DNA of 63,885 nucleotides, the filler included, from Octopus bimaculoides (lineage: Eukaryota), in the NCBI RefSeq assembly GCF_001194135.2. It is 7 parts of 6 records of this genome, joined end to end, with 100 filler letters (N's around TTAATTAATTAA, not from the genome) between each part and the next. Parts side by side here need not be neighbours in the genome. Positions count along the whole stretch, not along the records: positions 25,562 to 49,961 come from NC_068982.1; 6 more parts are not named here. One strand, 5' to 3'. The first letter of the stretch is position 1. Each line of letters starts with the position of its first letter. The position numbers and the translations under genes were made by a program. This document shows positions 32,983 through 45,856 of this stretch, one piece after another. The notes under the pieces were generated by a model that saw only the letters and a program-made list of their open reading frames with translations, was not told the origin of the DNA and did not search any database.

Positions 32983-35900
32983 TGTATGTATGTATGTATG
33001 CATATATACATGTGTTCAAATATGTATGTATGTATGTGTGTATACATGTATGTATGTATATATCGTAATTATGTTTAGCAATTTGCTTATTATACATTGA
33101 TCTTAGCTAAAACGCCTTGTCTAAGACTATTACTTCTGAAAGATTTCACATTAATCTGAGTTAGTCAAATTAATCTAAGTACGAAACTGCAAAGCAAATC
33201 CCGAAACTATTGGTGCGCGAAATACCGTAACCTGAGGTAGTCGTAACGCAGAGATGTATTCTTTTCTTTTTTTTTTTCAGTCGGTAAATAGTAGATTATT
33301 TTTCGTAGGTTTCTTTATACACACTTCCGCTGCTTTTAAATGATGCGTAGGTGCATTTTGTCCAGCTTCCCGGATTATTTATCGGCATCATATTGTATGC
33401 ATTTAGAAGCAACATTCACCAGATCGATGATTCAAAACTTTTATGTTATACTTAAAAAGGAAACGCCGTTAGGCTCCATGATATATTATAGAGACTCTAA
33501 GTAAAGCATAAAACAGTTACGATTGAATATACAGTACTTTATTGGTCATTATTAAAAAGTAGATAAAATTTCTGAAGAGATGGCGCATATTAGATGACTT
33601 ATACGTACCTTTATATTTTCTTAAAACGACAAGTGTTGTCAGTTTGGCATGAAAATATAGTTATGCTCAAGGTATAGAATATTGGAATGATTTCCAGTTT
33701 TTTTGTTGCACCAGAGCGCTTACACTCTTGCAAATGTAATTGAACTGAATATAACTTAATACCCTATCTGCAGAAGAATTGACTAAGAAAAATCAGTACA
33801 GCAATGTTAAGTTGGCGGCCTTCGTGTACAATGTATAAATAATTGTTACATATATCGATAGACGGCTGATAGCCATTCAGGGATAAAGAGCACTCTATCG
33901 CTACTTAAAGCTTTTATTCAGGTTCAGAATATTGTTGTCGCCTGTTGCATCGCTCTTGGAGAGAAGCTTTGAGGATCGACTTATCGAATCATCACCATCG
34001 AATAAATAATACAAAAGAATACAACATGTATTAAGAGTATCTTCTCTTTGCTAAATGAAATATGATTATATATGTAGGGGCTACGTATGTGGCATTTAGA
34101 AGAAACGACAATATACTGTGATACACTGGTATCACTGTTTTAAATATGTAATAAAATTAACTGTTTCATTACAGTAGTGTTTGGCTACAAGAAGTGTCGA
34201 GCAATATGTATCCATTATGCAAATGATTCATCAGAAATATTGCATTTTTGCCCTTGCATTTTTGCCGGAAAAGCAGAAATATTTCCCCTTCATTGCAGAA
34301 GCAAAAACTGCCTACCTACAAATATAATTTCTATGAATTGTATTAATTTACTTACCTGCACACGTATGTCTACTCCAAATGTATATACAAACTAAGAATA
34401 AGCAGTTGAAGATGTTATATTTCCTGAAGAATATACACATACTGTCCAGAAAGATGTATATTACACACCTGATCGGGAAGACAGTAAGTGGATATCGTGA
34501 AATATATACCTCTGTCTGAAAGAAAGAATTGTAATCAAAAATCGACTGAAATAACTGGAATGTGCACAATAAGCACTACAACGATCGGATGAAGGACATT
34601 GAAAAATTTGAAGCCGATCTCATTAGCACCATTATATGTGTCGGTGTTTCATCAGTTCCCTCACAACAACTTTGAACATTTAAATACAACATAGCGGTTC
34701 ATTCATTTACTTCTTATTCTTATAGTATTAGTATGCTAGTGCAAAATGGCGAGCATAGCATCACTGACATCGAAGTTTCATAGATAATTCTCATGAATTA
34801 TTCTACAACTAACGAGTGGTATTAGGATTAAAGTCCAGCCAGTTCATTTCTATGTTTAGTTTTTCGCCGAAAATATTTAATTTGTGTTTGTTAAGAACAT
34901 TCAGTTGCCGGTAATTATGTCTCAAACTAGTAATCTTTTATCTACTTTCCTTTAAAAATGCATAATTAGAAAATATATACAATTTTTTTTTTTTGGGGGG
35001 GCGCTCCTCTAAAAAAATTACTTTAAACGAGTTGCTTATAAATATGTATTAGTGTTTCTGTTCCAGCAAAGAATTAAATTCGTGCAAATGAAGTAAATAA
35101 AATACTTTTACTTGTTTCAACAGCGAAAGGAGTTAATATATTTTACCGAAGAACTTATAATTGATTTTGTTGTTTAATATGTCACCAAACTTTACAAATA
35201 CGATTAGATGCTAAAATAATGTGACACGAATGTTTCTAAACTGTTCAAGTCGTTGTTTGATATAGATATATATTATTATAATTTCATCAGCAGTTGTTAC
35301 TGTGGTGTCGAAAACATTACTACTTGTTTTGAAGCCGCTGTAATTATAAACCGTTTCATCGACTCTGGAGTATATTTTGAAGTTTACATTGTATGCATTC
35401 GTTTTTTCCCGAGGCTTCCATTCTACCGTTTATATTTTTACATAAAGTAGGGAATTATCCTTCACTATAGATATAACTTAAACTTGCAATTTACTCACAG
35501 AGATTTAGACTTAAACCAATCATTTTATGCTCACCTGGGTTTTATGCAAAACATGAAAGCATTCCAGTTGTTCAGTATTTTTACGTAGTTTATTAACACA
35601 CATTTGTCATTTTGTCACGAAATCTGTTATCAGGTCTAGTTTGCTTTGTCTCGTTGTTTTTCTGTTCGGTAACTCGTATAAGCTCTTACTTATAATATTT
35701 TTCTAAAAGATGAGAAGTTCATATGAACACCATTGAGCTCTTTCTTAGGGATTTGAAAAGGTGCGGGCACGCAGATAGAGGAATATTGTTACATTATTTT
35801 GTCGCCAAGTATATAAGACGATTGTTAATGTTTGGTATTGACAGAATGATGTTTATTGCCTCGGAAAATATATCACGCAAGCAACATTTATAGAATACAG

Positions 35901-38276
35901 AGATTATAAATTTTCCTTTCAAAGCGGCTTATTGATGTATGACAAATATGCTTTCATCTGCTTTTTCCATTTTGGCCGGGTAAGTGCGTGCAGGCTAAGG
36001 GAATTTTTGCTTTAATTTTGCGTGGGGAACATTCGGTTCATGAAGTATTAACCATAAAAAGACATGCTTTTATGGTTGTTCGCCATGGTTACAAATATAC
36101 CATCAGTATTTTAGTATTTATTACTGCCTTCCATGTTAGATGTTAGGTGTTAAAAACATAATCAAAATATTGCGGAATAATGCTACTGCAATAATAATGG
36201 TTTTATTCAACAAGGGTGCGTATTAGGCTTTCTTGTGAATTGGACATTAGCGTAGAACATTGATAACTGCCTTCTAAAACTGTTCCCTGACCCTCAATAC
36301 TTATCGACTATTTTTCATTACTCGACTGAACTATTGTTTGATGTCAAAAGTTATTACGTTATTGATTATACCTCTTTAGACTGGTTTAATACAGTCAGGT
36401 TCAACTTTGACTTTCCCTCTTTAAATTCTGGGATACATTAATTTGACGTTGAGCCTCCTTCAAAATATTTGATATTGTGACTAGGTGATAAATCAATAAT
36501 ATAAATGTGTAGAGAGAGATGAATAATGGCTATGTCCATCTAATCGACACGTTCTCCCAAAACCTTCTTACTTGTACAATTGCAGTTATGTACATAGAAT
36601 ACACAGGTAGTGAGAAGTATGATGTAAGACTACATAAGATTATTTTGTATTTTATGGAGGCGCGCCAGAATTTTCCAAACGTGTCACTGTTTTCCAATGT
36701 TTCCATAGATAATCGGACAAGGAAACAATATTATAAACATTTGTGTCCACTTTCGTAATAATATAGTTACGATCACAACATGTAAAAATATACATAACAA
36801 TGTTCTTTTTTAATCCGAAACAATGCAATTATAAAGCAAGTCGATAGTTTTACACGGTATTATCAATATTACAGGGTTAGGGCCGTTCTCTCATGAAAAC
36901 TTTGGAGAAGAAGTTAGTATTCGCTGATTTCTCTATCTTTTAGTGTGTGCATGGACGCATGCGTGTGTGTATGTACTCGCACGCGTGTTTATGTGTGTGA
37001 GTACGTGTGCGTGAGTGTGAGAGTGTGTGTGTGCATATGAATGCGTGTATAACAGAGTGCTCAGTAATATTATGTAACATTGTTGTCATACCACTCGAAA
37101 CATCAAAGTATCTTGACGCAAGTTATGCTAAACTGAAAACGTTCCGCACATTAAAACAGAGATTATATACATGGTTTAAAATATTATTATCGGAAATAAA
37201 ACCAGAAGCTCTTAGATAACATCCGTACACCTCAGAACGCACATTCTAACGTTACTAATCGCAGAGAACAGATTCAAAGACCATCAAGGGGAAGCTATTC
37301 ACATAAATTGCACCCACAAATGATATGTCGTCTTTTTTTTTTCAATCGGTCACATCCAAGTTGCGTCACACAAAGTGGTGCCACATATTGCTTCATCTGA
37401 ACGCCTTCGACCAATAATATTGGACTTGGATAAGCAAATACGAACACAGCTCAAATCTATTCATCGAATATTACAAGAATTTCTGTTGTACAACACATGA
37501 ATGAATCTCTGAGTATCAAGGGGGCCAACTATGACTGGCATATGTGTCTGTATGTGTTTATATGCACGTATAATATATATATAAAACTTAGATAAAACTT
37601 CGATATGTTTCGACCAAAGATTGGTCCAGGCCATGTCTAACTTAATAGCACCACCTGATCAATTATATATATATATATATATATNNNNNNNNNNNNNNNN
37701 NNNNNNNNNNNNNNNNNNNNNNNNNNNNNNNNNNNNNNNNNNNNNNNNNNNNNNNNNNNNNNNNNNNNNNNNNNNNNNNNNNNNNNNNNNNNNNNNNNNN
37801 NNNNNNNNNNNNNNNNNNNNNNNNNNNNNNNNNNNNNNNNNNNNNNNNNNNNNNNNNNNNNNNNNNNNNNNNNNNNNNNNNNNNNNNNNNNNNNNNNNNN
37901 NNNNNNNNNNNNNNNNNNNNNNNNNNNNNNNNNNNNNNNNNNNNNNNNNNNNNNNNNNNNNNNNNNNNNNNNNNNNNNNNNNNNNNNNNNNNNNNNNNNN
38001 NNNNNNNNNNNNNNNNNNNNNNNNNNNNNNNNNNNNNNNNNNNNNNNNNNNNNNNNNNNNNNNNNNNNNNNNNNNNNNNNNNNNNNNNNNNNNNNNNNNN
38101 NNNNNNNNNNNNNNNNNNNNNNNNNNNNNNNNNNNNNNNNNNNNTATATATATATATATATATATACACACTTATATGCCTATAGTGATACATACACGCA
38201 CACATAGATAGATAGATACATACATACATACATTCATACATACATACATACATACGTACGTACGTACATACATAGA

Positions 38277-38329
<53 letters not shown>

Positions 38330-39839
38330 TTGTGTGTGTTAAATTCAGTTTGTTGTAAAGCTATTTTTATGAGTATACTGCAGTCAGCCATTTGCCTAAC
38401 CTAATGACTTCATTGGTAATTAACAAGTCTAGCTTTGAAAGAAATATACTCGATATATACGCCTATAAATATTGCATACAAAGTTTATCTCATCCATTTC
38501 ATGAATTCAGTTCTCTTAAATCTTCCATGGTAAATGCGCAATTCTCAAAACATTTTCACCAGCTTTTACTTCTTTTCTACGTCTGTGTCGATCAAATTAC
38601 ATTTCTTCCACAGTTGTCTTTCCTTATTTCAAATGCTATCAAGAAATAATCCACACAATCTTCACACCACTGCTACGATGTGTGCTTTATACACCCCACA
38701 CAGAATCTGTTTTAGAATCGTCTGCTGATTCAGTCTTATGTGTCCATATAATATGCATTGATGTAAGTGGCGAACTGTCGACTTAATACAGCGTTAGACG
38801 AAATGCATTGCAGTACTTAGTTCAGCTTTGGATTTTTAATTCAAATCTCAGGTGTACGACATTACTATTTATCCTGGTGAAGAAATAGGTAAAAGACCAG
38901 AACGAACCGGAGGACTGGTGAGATCATTACTGTTTCAGAGGGCGTGGGATGCGGTGCTCGTTTCAGATTTGTGCGTTTGGATCTCAGCTACCGTTGTGGT
39001 CTACTTGCATGGTAAACTTAATGTCACAATTGTCCAAATGCGGTGTCTTGACACCACAATGTGACGATTAGATTTCTTTAGTAAAGTTCATTCTGTAGCA
39101 AATATTTGGGACAACTTTTTAGTTTGAGAATAATTTCATTTATCACTCTTTTGTGCCAGCATTGAAAATTATAATAAGTCCTGTTTTTATAATGTGACTC
39201 AGCTATGGAAATATTTGATCTGGGCTTAAAATTTCGGAGAAGTGATTAGTCGAAAATATCGATATTCGAATTCGGAGAGAGAAGCGCTGGAACAAATACA
39301 GTAGGTCATTTTCCCGCCTCAACCATCTACACAAGCATAATGCAGAGTGCGAACTAAAGCGAGATGCAAAAGCTCTGAAAAAATCCGTAGCTTTCTGAAT
39401 ACTTACGAGATATTTAACCATCCAAGGAGAAAGAACAGTTTAGGACGTTCATTGCGTAGTAAATTTAGTATACTTATTTCAGTTCTTTTCATATAGGTGT
39501 TCATGTATGTTTGCTGGAGCATGGTGGAAGATGACAACGTTTTTGTTGGCCAGTCTTTGCTTGAGCCCAAATTGATTACAAGTTGTAGAAATTAAAGAAC
39601 ATCAGTGTAAATGGTTTGAAGAATTAGTGCAATAACTCAATTATGTGAATCATTGGCAGCAACAAGCCACAAACAGGAAAACGCAGTTTCGTTAACATCC
39701 ACATAACAAACAGCATCATATCCATATATACGTCACAGGGTTTCATAAGTATGTATGTGTATGGGTGTGCATGTGTGTGAGAATGTATATATATATATAT
39801 ATATTCAAATAAACGAATAAAATTAACAGAGAATTTGTC

Positions 39840-40525
39840 GTTTAAAATTAATATATTAGCTTGACGCTCGGTGGAAACAGAGAGTTTGACGTTTCGAGCA
39901 TAGATCATCGTCGGAAAGGAGAAAGTGAAAAATCCCAAGAAGGGAAATAAATCGCCAACACCACATGTAATATTTGCAGGTATATCATACTAGAAAATGG
40001 AAACACAGATCTTGTAAAGACAGCTACCCAGGTTTTCCTGGTCAAAATAATAGTTGTTTCATTTATCAAGCTGAAAGAAAGATCATTTGTCAGCTGTGTT
40101 TTAAGCAGGTGACATTCAAACAGAAGAAGCTTTTAAAGATAAAGAAGACAAGAAGAATAGCACAAGGGAGATAACCAAATTCACAAAAATACGATGTTAA
40201 GCAGATGTAAACCAGTTGTTAATGATTTACTAAGTGTCTGGGGCTCTACTTTTAAATTCCGATAAGATGTGTTTCTTGGAATGTGAACATACAGAAAACA
40301 TCGCGTTCTTCGATTTTATGTATTCGTTGGAGGTTCTCAAGTTCTTGAAGAGATAGAATTATGGAAGAGAACACACTGAACATTTTTGAGGGACCTGTTA
40401 TTATAGGGTCTGGATTTGGATAGGATTTTCCATTTGATGTCGAAACTGGTGCCTGCGTCTTTAAATTTCCAGATTAAAGCCGAAAGGGTTACTGAATCGC
40501 TTTTAACACGGTACCTAAAATTCAA
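39840..40525 (-). mobile_element. Penelope-like element 3' fragment: GIY-YIG endonuclease tail plus downstream hammerhead remnant
   Basis: FRYRVKSDSVTLSALIWKFKDAGTSFDIKWKILSKSRPY, then (frameshifted) KCSVC and MFSVCSHSKKHILSEFK. A hammerhead-like motif lies at 39885-39917 on the same strand. Confidence 0.82.
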
Positions 40526-41491
40526 AAGATGATTGTTTCAAGATTGTATGCATGTATGTATGTATGTATGTTTGTATGTATGTATGTATGTATGTATGTA
40601 GTGAATAGAGAGATAATATATCCAGGCAGGTACCATTCAATCACTCTATTATAATCCAATGTATGGCTAACTGCATCGAATTGTAAGGAACAATAAACTC
40701 AGTATATTTCATCCCATGGGTAAATCTTGGATTCACTTCGTTGGATTATAAGCAGTTTACCGAGTACATATCCAAGACAATTCAAATAAGAAGAGTAATA
40801 GTTCTACACAGTTTTTACTATTAAAGTTACTTATACAGCAAGACTTTTAATGTGTCCGACATATGTTTCTGTTGCATGGATATTTCACAATGTAGTTTAT
40901 ATTTGCGTCCAATTTTTTCGTTTGTTAAGAGCCTCTGCAGCTTTATTCAAGGCGTCGCCACTGCTGTAATTTGAAGCGAACTAAAAGGACGATCGTTTAG
41001 GTAATATTATACTTGATAGGGAACAATTGTTTTTGAGTGCAAAGCGTGAGAGAGAGGAACATTTAGAAACACGATACCACTATAAAATCGTTTATCAGGT
41101 TGACACTATGATAATCCTAAGGTCTGAATTTACGAGTCGCGAATACAAGATCATAAATTAGGTCAGAGTATATATCATCCACTAGAGTTAAGCGAAGTAA
41201 AAAGGAATAAATTTCAGAGATAGAGTATACAATTAAGTGTCACTAAATCGAATATAATTTAGAAATATGAGATATACAGAATTTACTTGTAGGACCAGGG
41301 TATTGCACGCAATATGTTAGAATACCTCCACCTAAGGTGAAATGCGAATCTTTAGCTATATAAATCAGCATTAAATCTATAGGTAGATAACATTCTCCAA
41401 GATATACAATAAGTCATTCCATATGTGACGTTTAACATCTGAAGAATACTAATTATTTCGAGAAGAATTACTACTGGAACATACGTCACGT

Positions 41492-41800
41492 TTCTTCTAT
41501 TGTAGCCTTGGGCCAACCAAACCCTTGCGAGTGGATTTAGTAAAGGGAAACTGAAAGAAGCCTGTCATGTAAATGTGTGTGTATGTGAGTATGTGTGCGT
41601 AGCTTTGTGTCTGTGTTTATTCCCCTCCACCGCTTAGCAACTGGTGTTGTTTCATTCACGCCATCGTTACTTAGCGCCTCGGCAAAAGAGATGAATAGAA
41701 TAAGTACCAGGCTTTACAAAAGTAAGTTCGATCCAAATTCTTCAATTTGGTGCCCCAGCATGGCCGTAGTCCAATGGTTGAAACAGACAGGAGATAAACT
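41492..41800 (+). mobile_element. SINE family B, headless copy
   Basis: Collinear with the 3849-4312 body. Confidence 0.8.
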
Positions 41801-42994
41801 TACAAGACATATATGTAGGTAAGTAGGTAGGTAGGTAGGTAGGTAGGTAGGTAGGTAGGCAGGTAGGTAGGTAGGTAGGTAGGTAGGTAGGTAGGTAGGT
41901 AGGTAAATAAGTTGATAGATAGATATGTGTAAAATGAATGATCGTTCAACTGTATGTGTGTGTATGTACATGGCTGTGCATATNNNNNNNNNNNNNNNNN
42001 NNNNNNNNNNNNNNNNNNNNNNNNNNNNNNNNNNNNNNNNNNNNNNNNNNNNNNNNNNNNNNNNNNNNNNNNNNNNNNNNNNNNNNNNNNNNNNNNNNNN
42101 NNNNNNNNNNNNNNNNNNNNNNNNNNNNNNNNNNNNNNNNNNNNNNNNNNNNNNNNNNNNNNNNNNNNNNNNNNNNNNNNNNNNNNNNNNNNNNNNNNNN
42201 NNNNNNNNNNNNNNNNNNNNNNNNNNNNNNNNNNNNNNNNNNNNNNNNNNNNNNNNNNNNNNNNNNNNNNNNNNNNNNNNNNNNNNNNNNNNNNNNNNNN
42301 NNNNNNNNNNNNNNNNNNNNNNNNNNNNNNNNNNNNNNNNNNNNNNNNNNNNNNNNNNNNNNNNNNNNNNNNNNNNNNNNNNNNNNNNNNNNNNNNNNNN
42401 NNNNNNNNNNNNNNNNNNNNNNNNNNNNNNNNNNNNNNNNNNNNNNNNNNNNNNNNNNNNNNNNNNNNNNNNNNNNNNNNNNNNNNTATATATACATATA
42501 TACATACATACATACGTACTTGAGTATATACATAGATGATGCAGACATATATTATGATCATGCTTTATATGTGTTTATGTGTGTGTTTGTGTATAATTAT
42601 TCATATGTACTGATAGCACGAAATATTAATCAAAACTATGCTGCAGTTTGGTAAATAATCAAAATGCATTAAAGTTCGCCATTTTACTTCTTGCATCGAG
42701 TTATCTTAAACCACTTAATTGATTTAGCCAAACGTGAAAGGAATATGTAACGCTTCAGGCTACTTTTGCATCTCTTAACGATTATTACAGAGATCTACAA
42801 AATTAGATTTTTTCACTCAAATTGAAGCTAATTAAGAATGCTATTCCTTGTAGGCGCAACTCCTCTAACAGACGGCCCTCTTCTAGGAGAGAACTGAGTT
42901 GAAAATGAATTGTGCCAACGGTTATTCACATTAAATTACATATCGAACGTATCTTGAAAAACAGATCAGCCAATTTTCATTATCATTATTATTG

Positions 42995-43263
42995 TGATGT
43001 TGATGATAATGATGATGATGATGATGATAATGATGACGACGACAACTACTACAACGATGATGACGATAACGATGATCTTGAGGATGATGGGGAATAGGAG
43101 TGACAGGAAAAGCATTTTCGACGCCAGCATCAGTAGAAGAAGGAGAAGAAGAAGAAGAAGAAGAAGAAGAAGAAGAAGAAGAAGAAGAAGAAGAAGAAGA
43201 AGAAGAAGAAGAAGAAGAAGAAGAAGAGGAGGAGGAGGAGGAGGAAGAGAAGAAGAAGAGGAG
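42995..43263. repeat. Low-complexity (GAT/GAC)n then (GAA)n/(GGA)n tracts
   Basis: Directly visible; a similar (GAA)/(GCA)/(GGA) block lies at 62105-62345. Confidence 0.95.
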
Positions 43264-44035
43264 NNNNNNNNNNNNNNNNNNNNNNNNNNNNNNNNNNNNN
43301 NNNNNNNNNNNNNNNNNNNNNNNNNNNNNNNNNNNNNNNNNNNNNNNNNNNNNNNNNNNNNNNNNNNNNNNNNNNNNNNNNNNNNNNNNNNNNNNNNNNN
43401 NNNNNNNNNNNNNNNNNNNNNNNNNNNNNNNNNNNNNNNNNNNNNNNNNNNNNNNNNNNNNNNNNNNNNNNNNNNNNNNNNNNNNNNNNNNNNNNNNNNN
43501 NNNNNNNNNNNNNNNNNNNNNNNNNNNNNNNNNNNNNNNNNNNNNNNNNNNNNNNNNNNNNNNNNNNNNNNNNNNNNNNNNNNNNNNNNNNNNNNNNNAA
43601 GAAGAAGAATTATGATCAGTATATGCTTATTTGTAATCGGAATTAAACTTTGTGTACTAGTGAGAGAAGTGTTACTGTACGCAAGGTCTTCAGGTTTTGG
43701 ATGTTGTTTCTTCATTTTGGCCAGTCTGTTTTATGTGTCGCTCACACAATGGCTATGGCTTCCACGTAGCTAATAATCTTTTTACCTGTTTCCTCGGTTA
43801 CAATTCCCTCAAGTACAGTGATGTTACTTTCAGTTGTAAGATATCAATATTTTTAGCCAATTCACAAGTATATGCTACCCTATAATGCGCAATCTTATTT
43901 GTTGAACTTCTATCGATATCTTTGTCTATGAATGTATGTATGCATATATGTATATATATTGATATAGACAGCTGTTTGGTGCAATGTGTTTCCAGAAAGG
44001 AAAATTATAATTGTCACTAAATATATAATAATAAA

Positions 44036-45120
44036 TAGTTAGGATACGATAAGTATTTGTTTGCTTGAAAGGGGAGTTAAGGCCTTCCAAAACCACGCAT
44101 ACCTCACTATATGTAAACACGCACGGAGAATATAGCAAATATATTTTTTCTGAAACTGCCCTTCCACTTGTAAGATACATATAGTAAAATACAAATAAGA
44201 TCATAGACATTCTGGTATCAATTGATTTCGCTTTCTATGTTGAACCAACATTTAAAGCTCGTCAGACACACTTACTACATAAACTATTTCAAAAAAATAT
44301 ATTTACCTCTCCGTGCGCGTTGTTCAACTGAAGACCCCCGCGTCTTTCAAACGAACGTTAATGAACGAGTATAAATTAAAAAATTCAAATAAGTTATCAT
44401 CATCTATAAAAATAATGATAGATTGGCCAGTAAACATTATTCAAATAAATAAAATAAGTACCTGTTTGCATGAAAGAGGAGTTAAAACCCTACGAGGCGA
44501 AAGGTGATACTAAAATGTCTATGATCTTATTTGTATTTTACTATATGTATCTCACAAGTGGGAGGACTATTCCGGAGAAATACACTTACTATATTTTCCG
44601 TGCGTGTTTACATATAGTGAGAGATGCGTGGATTTGGAGTGTTTTAACTCCTCTTTTAAGCAAACAGGTACTTACCTTACTCTGAAATTTTATTGTTATA
44701 TATTTTATTTATTTGAATAATGTCCGATGGCCACTTTATCATTATTTTTAAAGATAATGATAACATCTTTGAATTTTTCAATTTATACTTACTCAGTAAC
44801 GTTCGATTGAAAGTCGTGGGGGCCTTCAAGTTGGACAACGCGCACAGAGATGTAAATATATTTTTTGAAATAGTTTATGTAGCAAGCGTGGAGGATGGGC
44901 GTTAAGTGTTGGTTCAACACAGAAAGCGAAATCAATTGATACAAGAATGTCTATGATTTCAGTTGTATTTTATTTTATGTATCTTACAAGTGGGAGGAGC
45001 GATTCGGAGAAATATATTTGCTATATTCTCCATGCGTGTTTACGTACAGTGACAGGTGCGTGGTTATAGAAGGTTTTAACTCCTCTTTCAAGCAAACAGG
45101 TACTTATCGTACCCTGACTA
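44036..45120. mobile_element. 1.08-kb fold-back element with ~220-bp TIRs and nested internal inverted copies
   Basis: 44036-44255 is the reverse complement of 44902-45120 with mismatches. Extra partial arm copies lie at ~44438-44490 and ~44510-44720. Confidence 0.8.
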
Positions 45121-45128
45121 ATTATTAG

Positions 45129-45169
<41 letters not shown>

Positions 45170-45284
45170 TTATTACATATTTTGCTTTCGGGCACATGCG
45201 TCGGGAATAAATCTCGATGATATCGCCACAAATGTCTTCAAGATGTTGCTCATAAAAAATGCTTTCCCAATCAATGGAAATACG

Positions 45285-45856
45285 GGATCTTTTTTAAAAC
45301 GGGGGCCATATTTTTCATTAACGAAACACTTTGAAACTTGGAACACTGGTAGAATGTGTCATATAAAACATCTTTTTCTCTTAGTCTTCTTTAAAAAAAA
45401 AGAAATCCATAAATTATTCCATGTTAAAGTTGTCGTATTTCTGTAATTTCAACCAATCACTGACGTCCATTCAGCCGATATACATTAAGTGCCGACTACA
45501 TAAACAAACGATTCTGAAACAATTAATCCTAACCCTAACCCTAACCCTAGGGTTAGGGTTAGGGTTAGGGTTAGGGTTAGGGTTAAAGCAAATTTAAAAT
45601 GAAAAAAGCAAATAAAACGAAGAATCGTTTGTTTATGTAGTCGGCACGTAATGTATATCGACTGAATGGACGTCAGTGATTGGTTGAAATTATCGAAATA
45701 AGACAATTTTTTACATAAAATAAATTCGAATACAAAACTATTTTTCTGTTCTATAACACAAAATAGATAAGTATACGAAGTTTGAAAGTCTTTCGGTACC
45801 AAAAACACTACGTAAAACATTAATGAAAAATGTGGCCCCCGTTTTAAAAAAGATCC
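45285..45856. mobile_element. 572-bp palindromic MITE with 8-bp TSD and central inverted telomeric repeats
   Basis: 37-bp TIR GGATCTTTTTTAAAACGGGGGCCA(T/C)ATTTTTCATTAA (36/37); TSD GAAATACG at 45277-45284 and 45857-45864. Inner 72-bp inverted repeat (70/72). The centre switches from CCCTAA repeats to TTAGGG repeats. Confidence 0.88.

Noticed and set aside
35535-35702. Minus-strand coding exon ending at a strong CAG|GTGAGC donor
   Set aside because: All three frames from the nearest good acceptor contain stops; it could only be a UTR or first exon, which I cannot support.
37080-37230. GIY-YIG-like KTFRTLKQRL motif
   Set aside because: The similarity is too short and the rest of the frame shows no Penelope motifs.
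37600-37645. Fifth hammerhead-like motif (minus strand: GACC-AATCTTT-GGTC-GAAAC-ATA)
   Set aside because: Stem II and GAAAC are present but the CUGANGA core is missing and stem I does not pair; at most a remote relic.
45528-45585. Ancient telomere-telomere chromosome fusion site
   Set aside because: A fusion gives (TTAGGG)n followed by (CCCTAA)n. Here the order is reversed, and the repeats sit at the axis of a TSD-flanked MITE.
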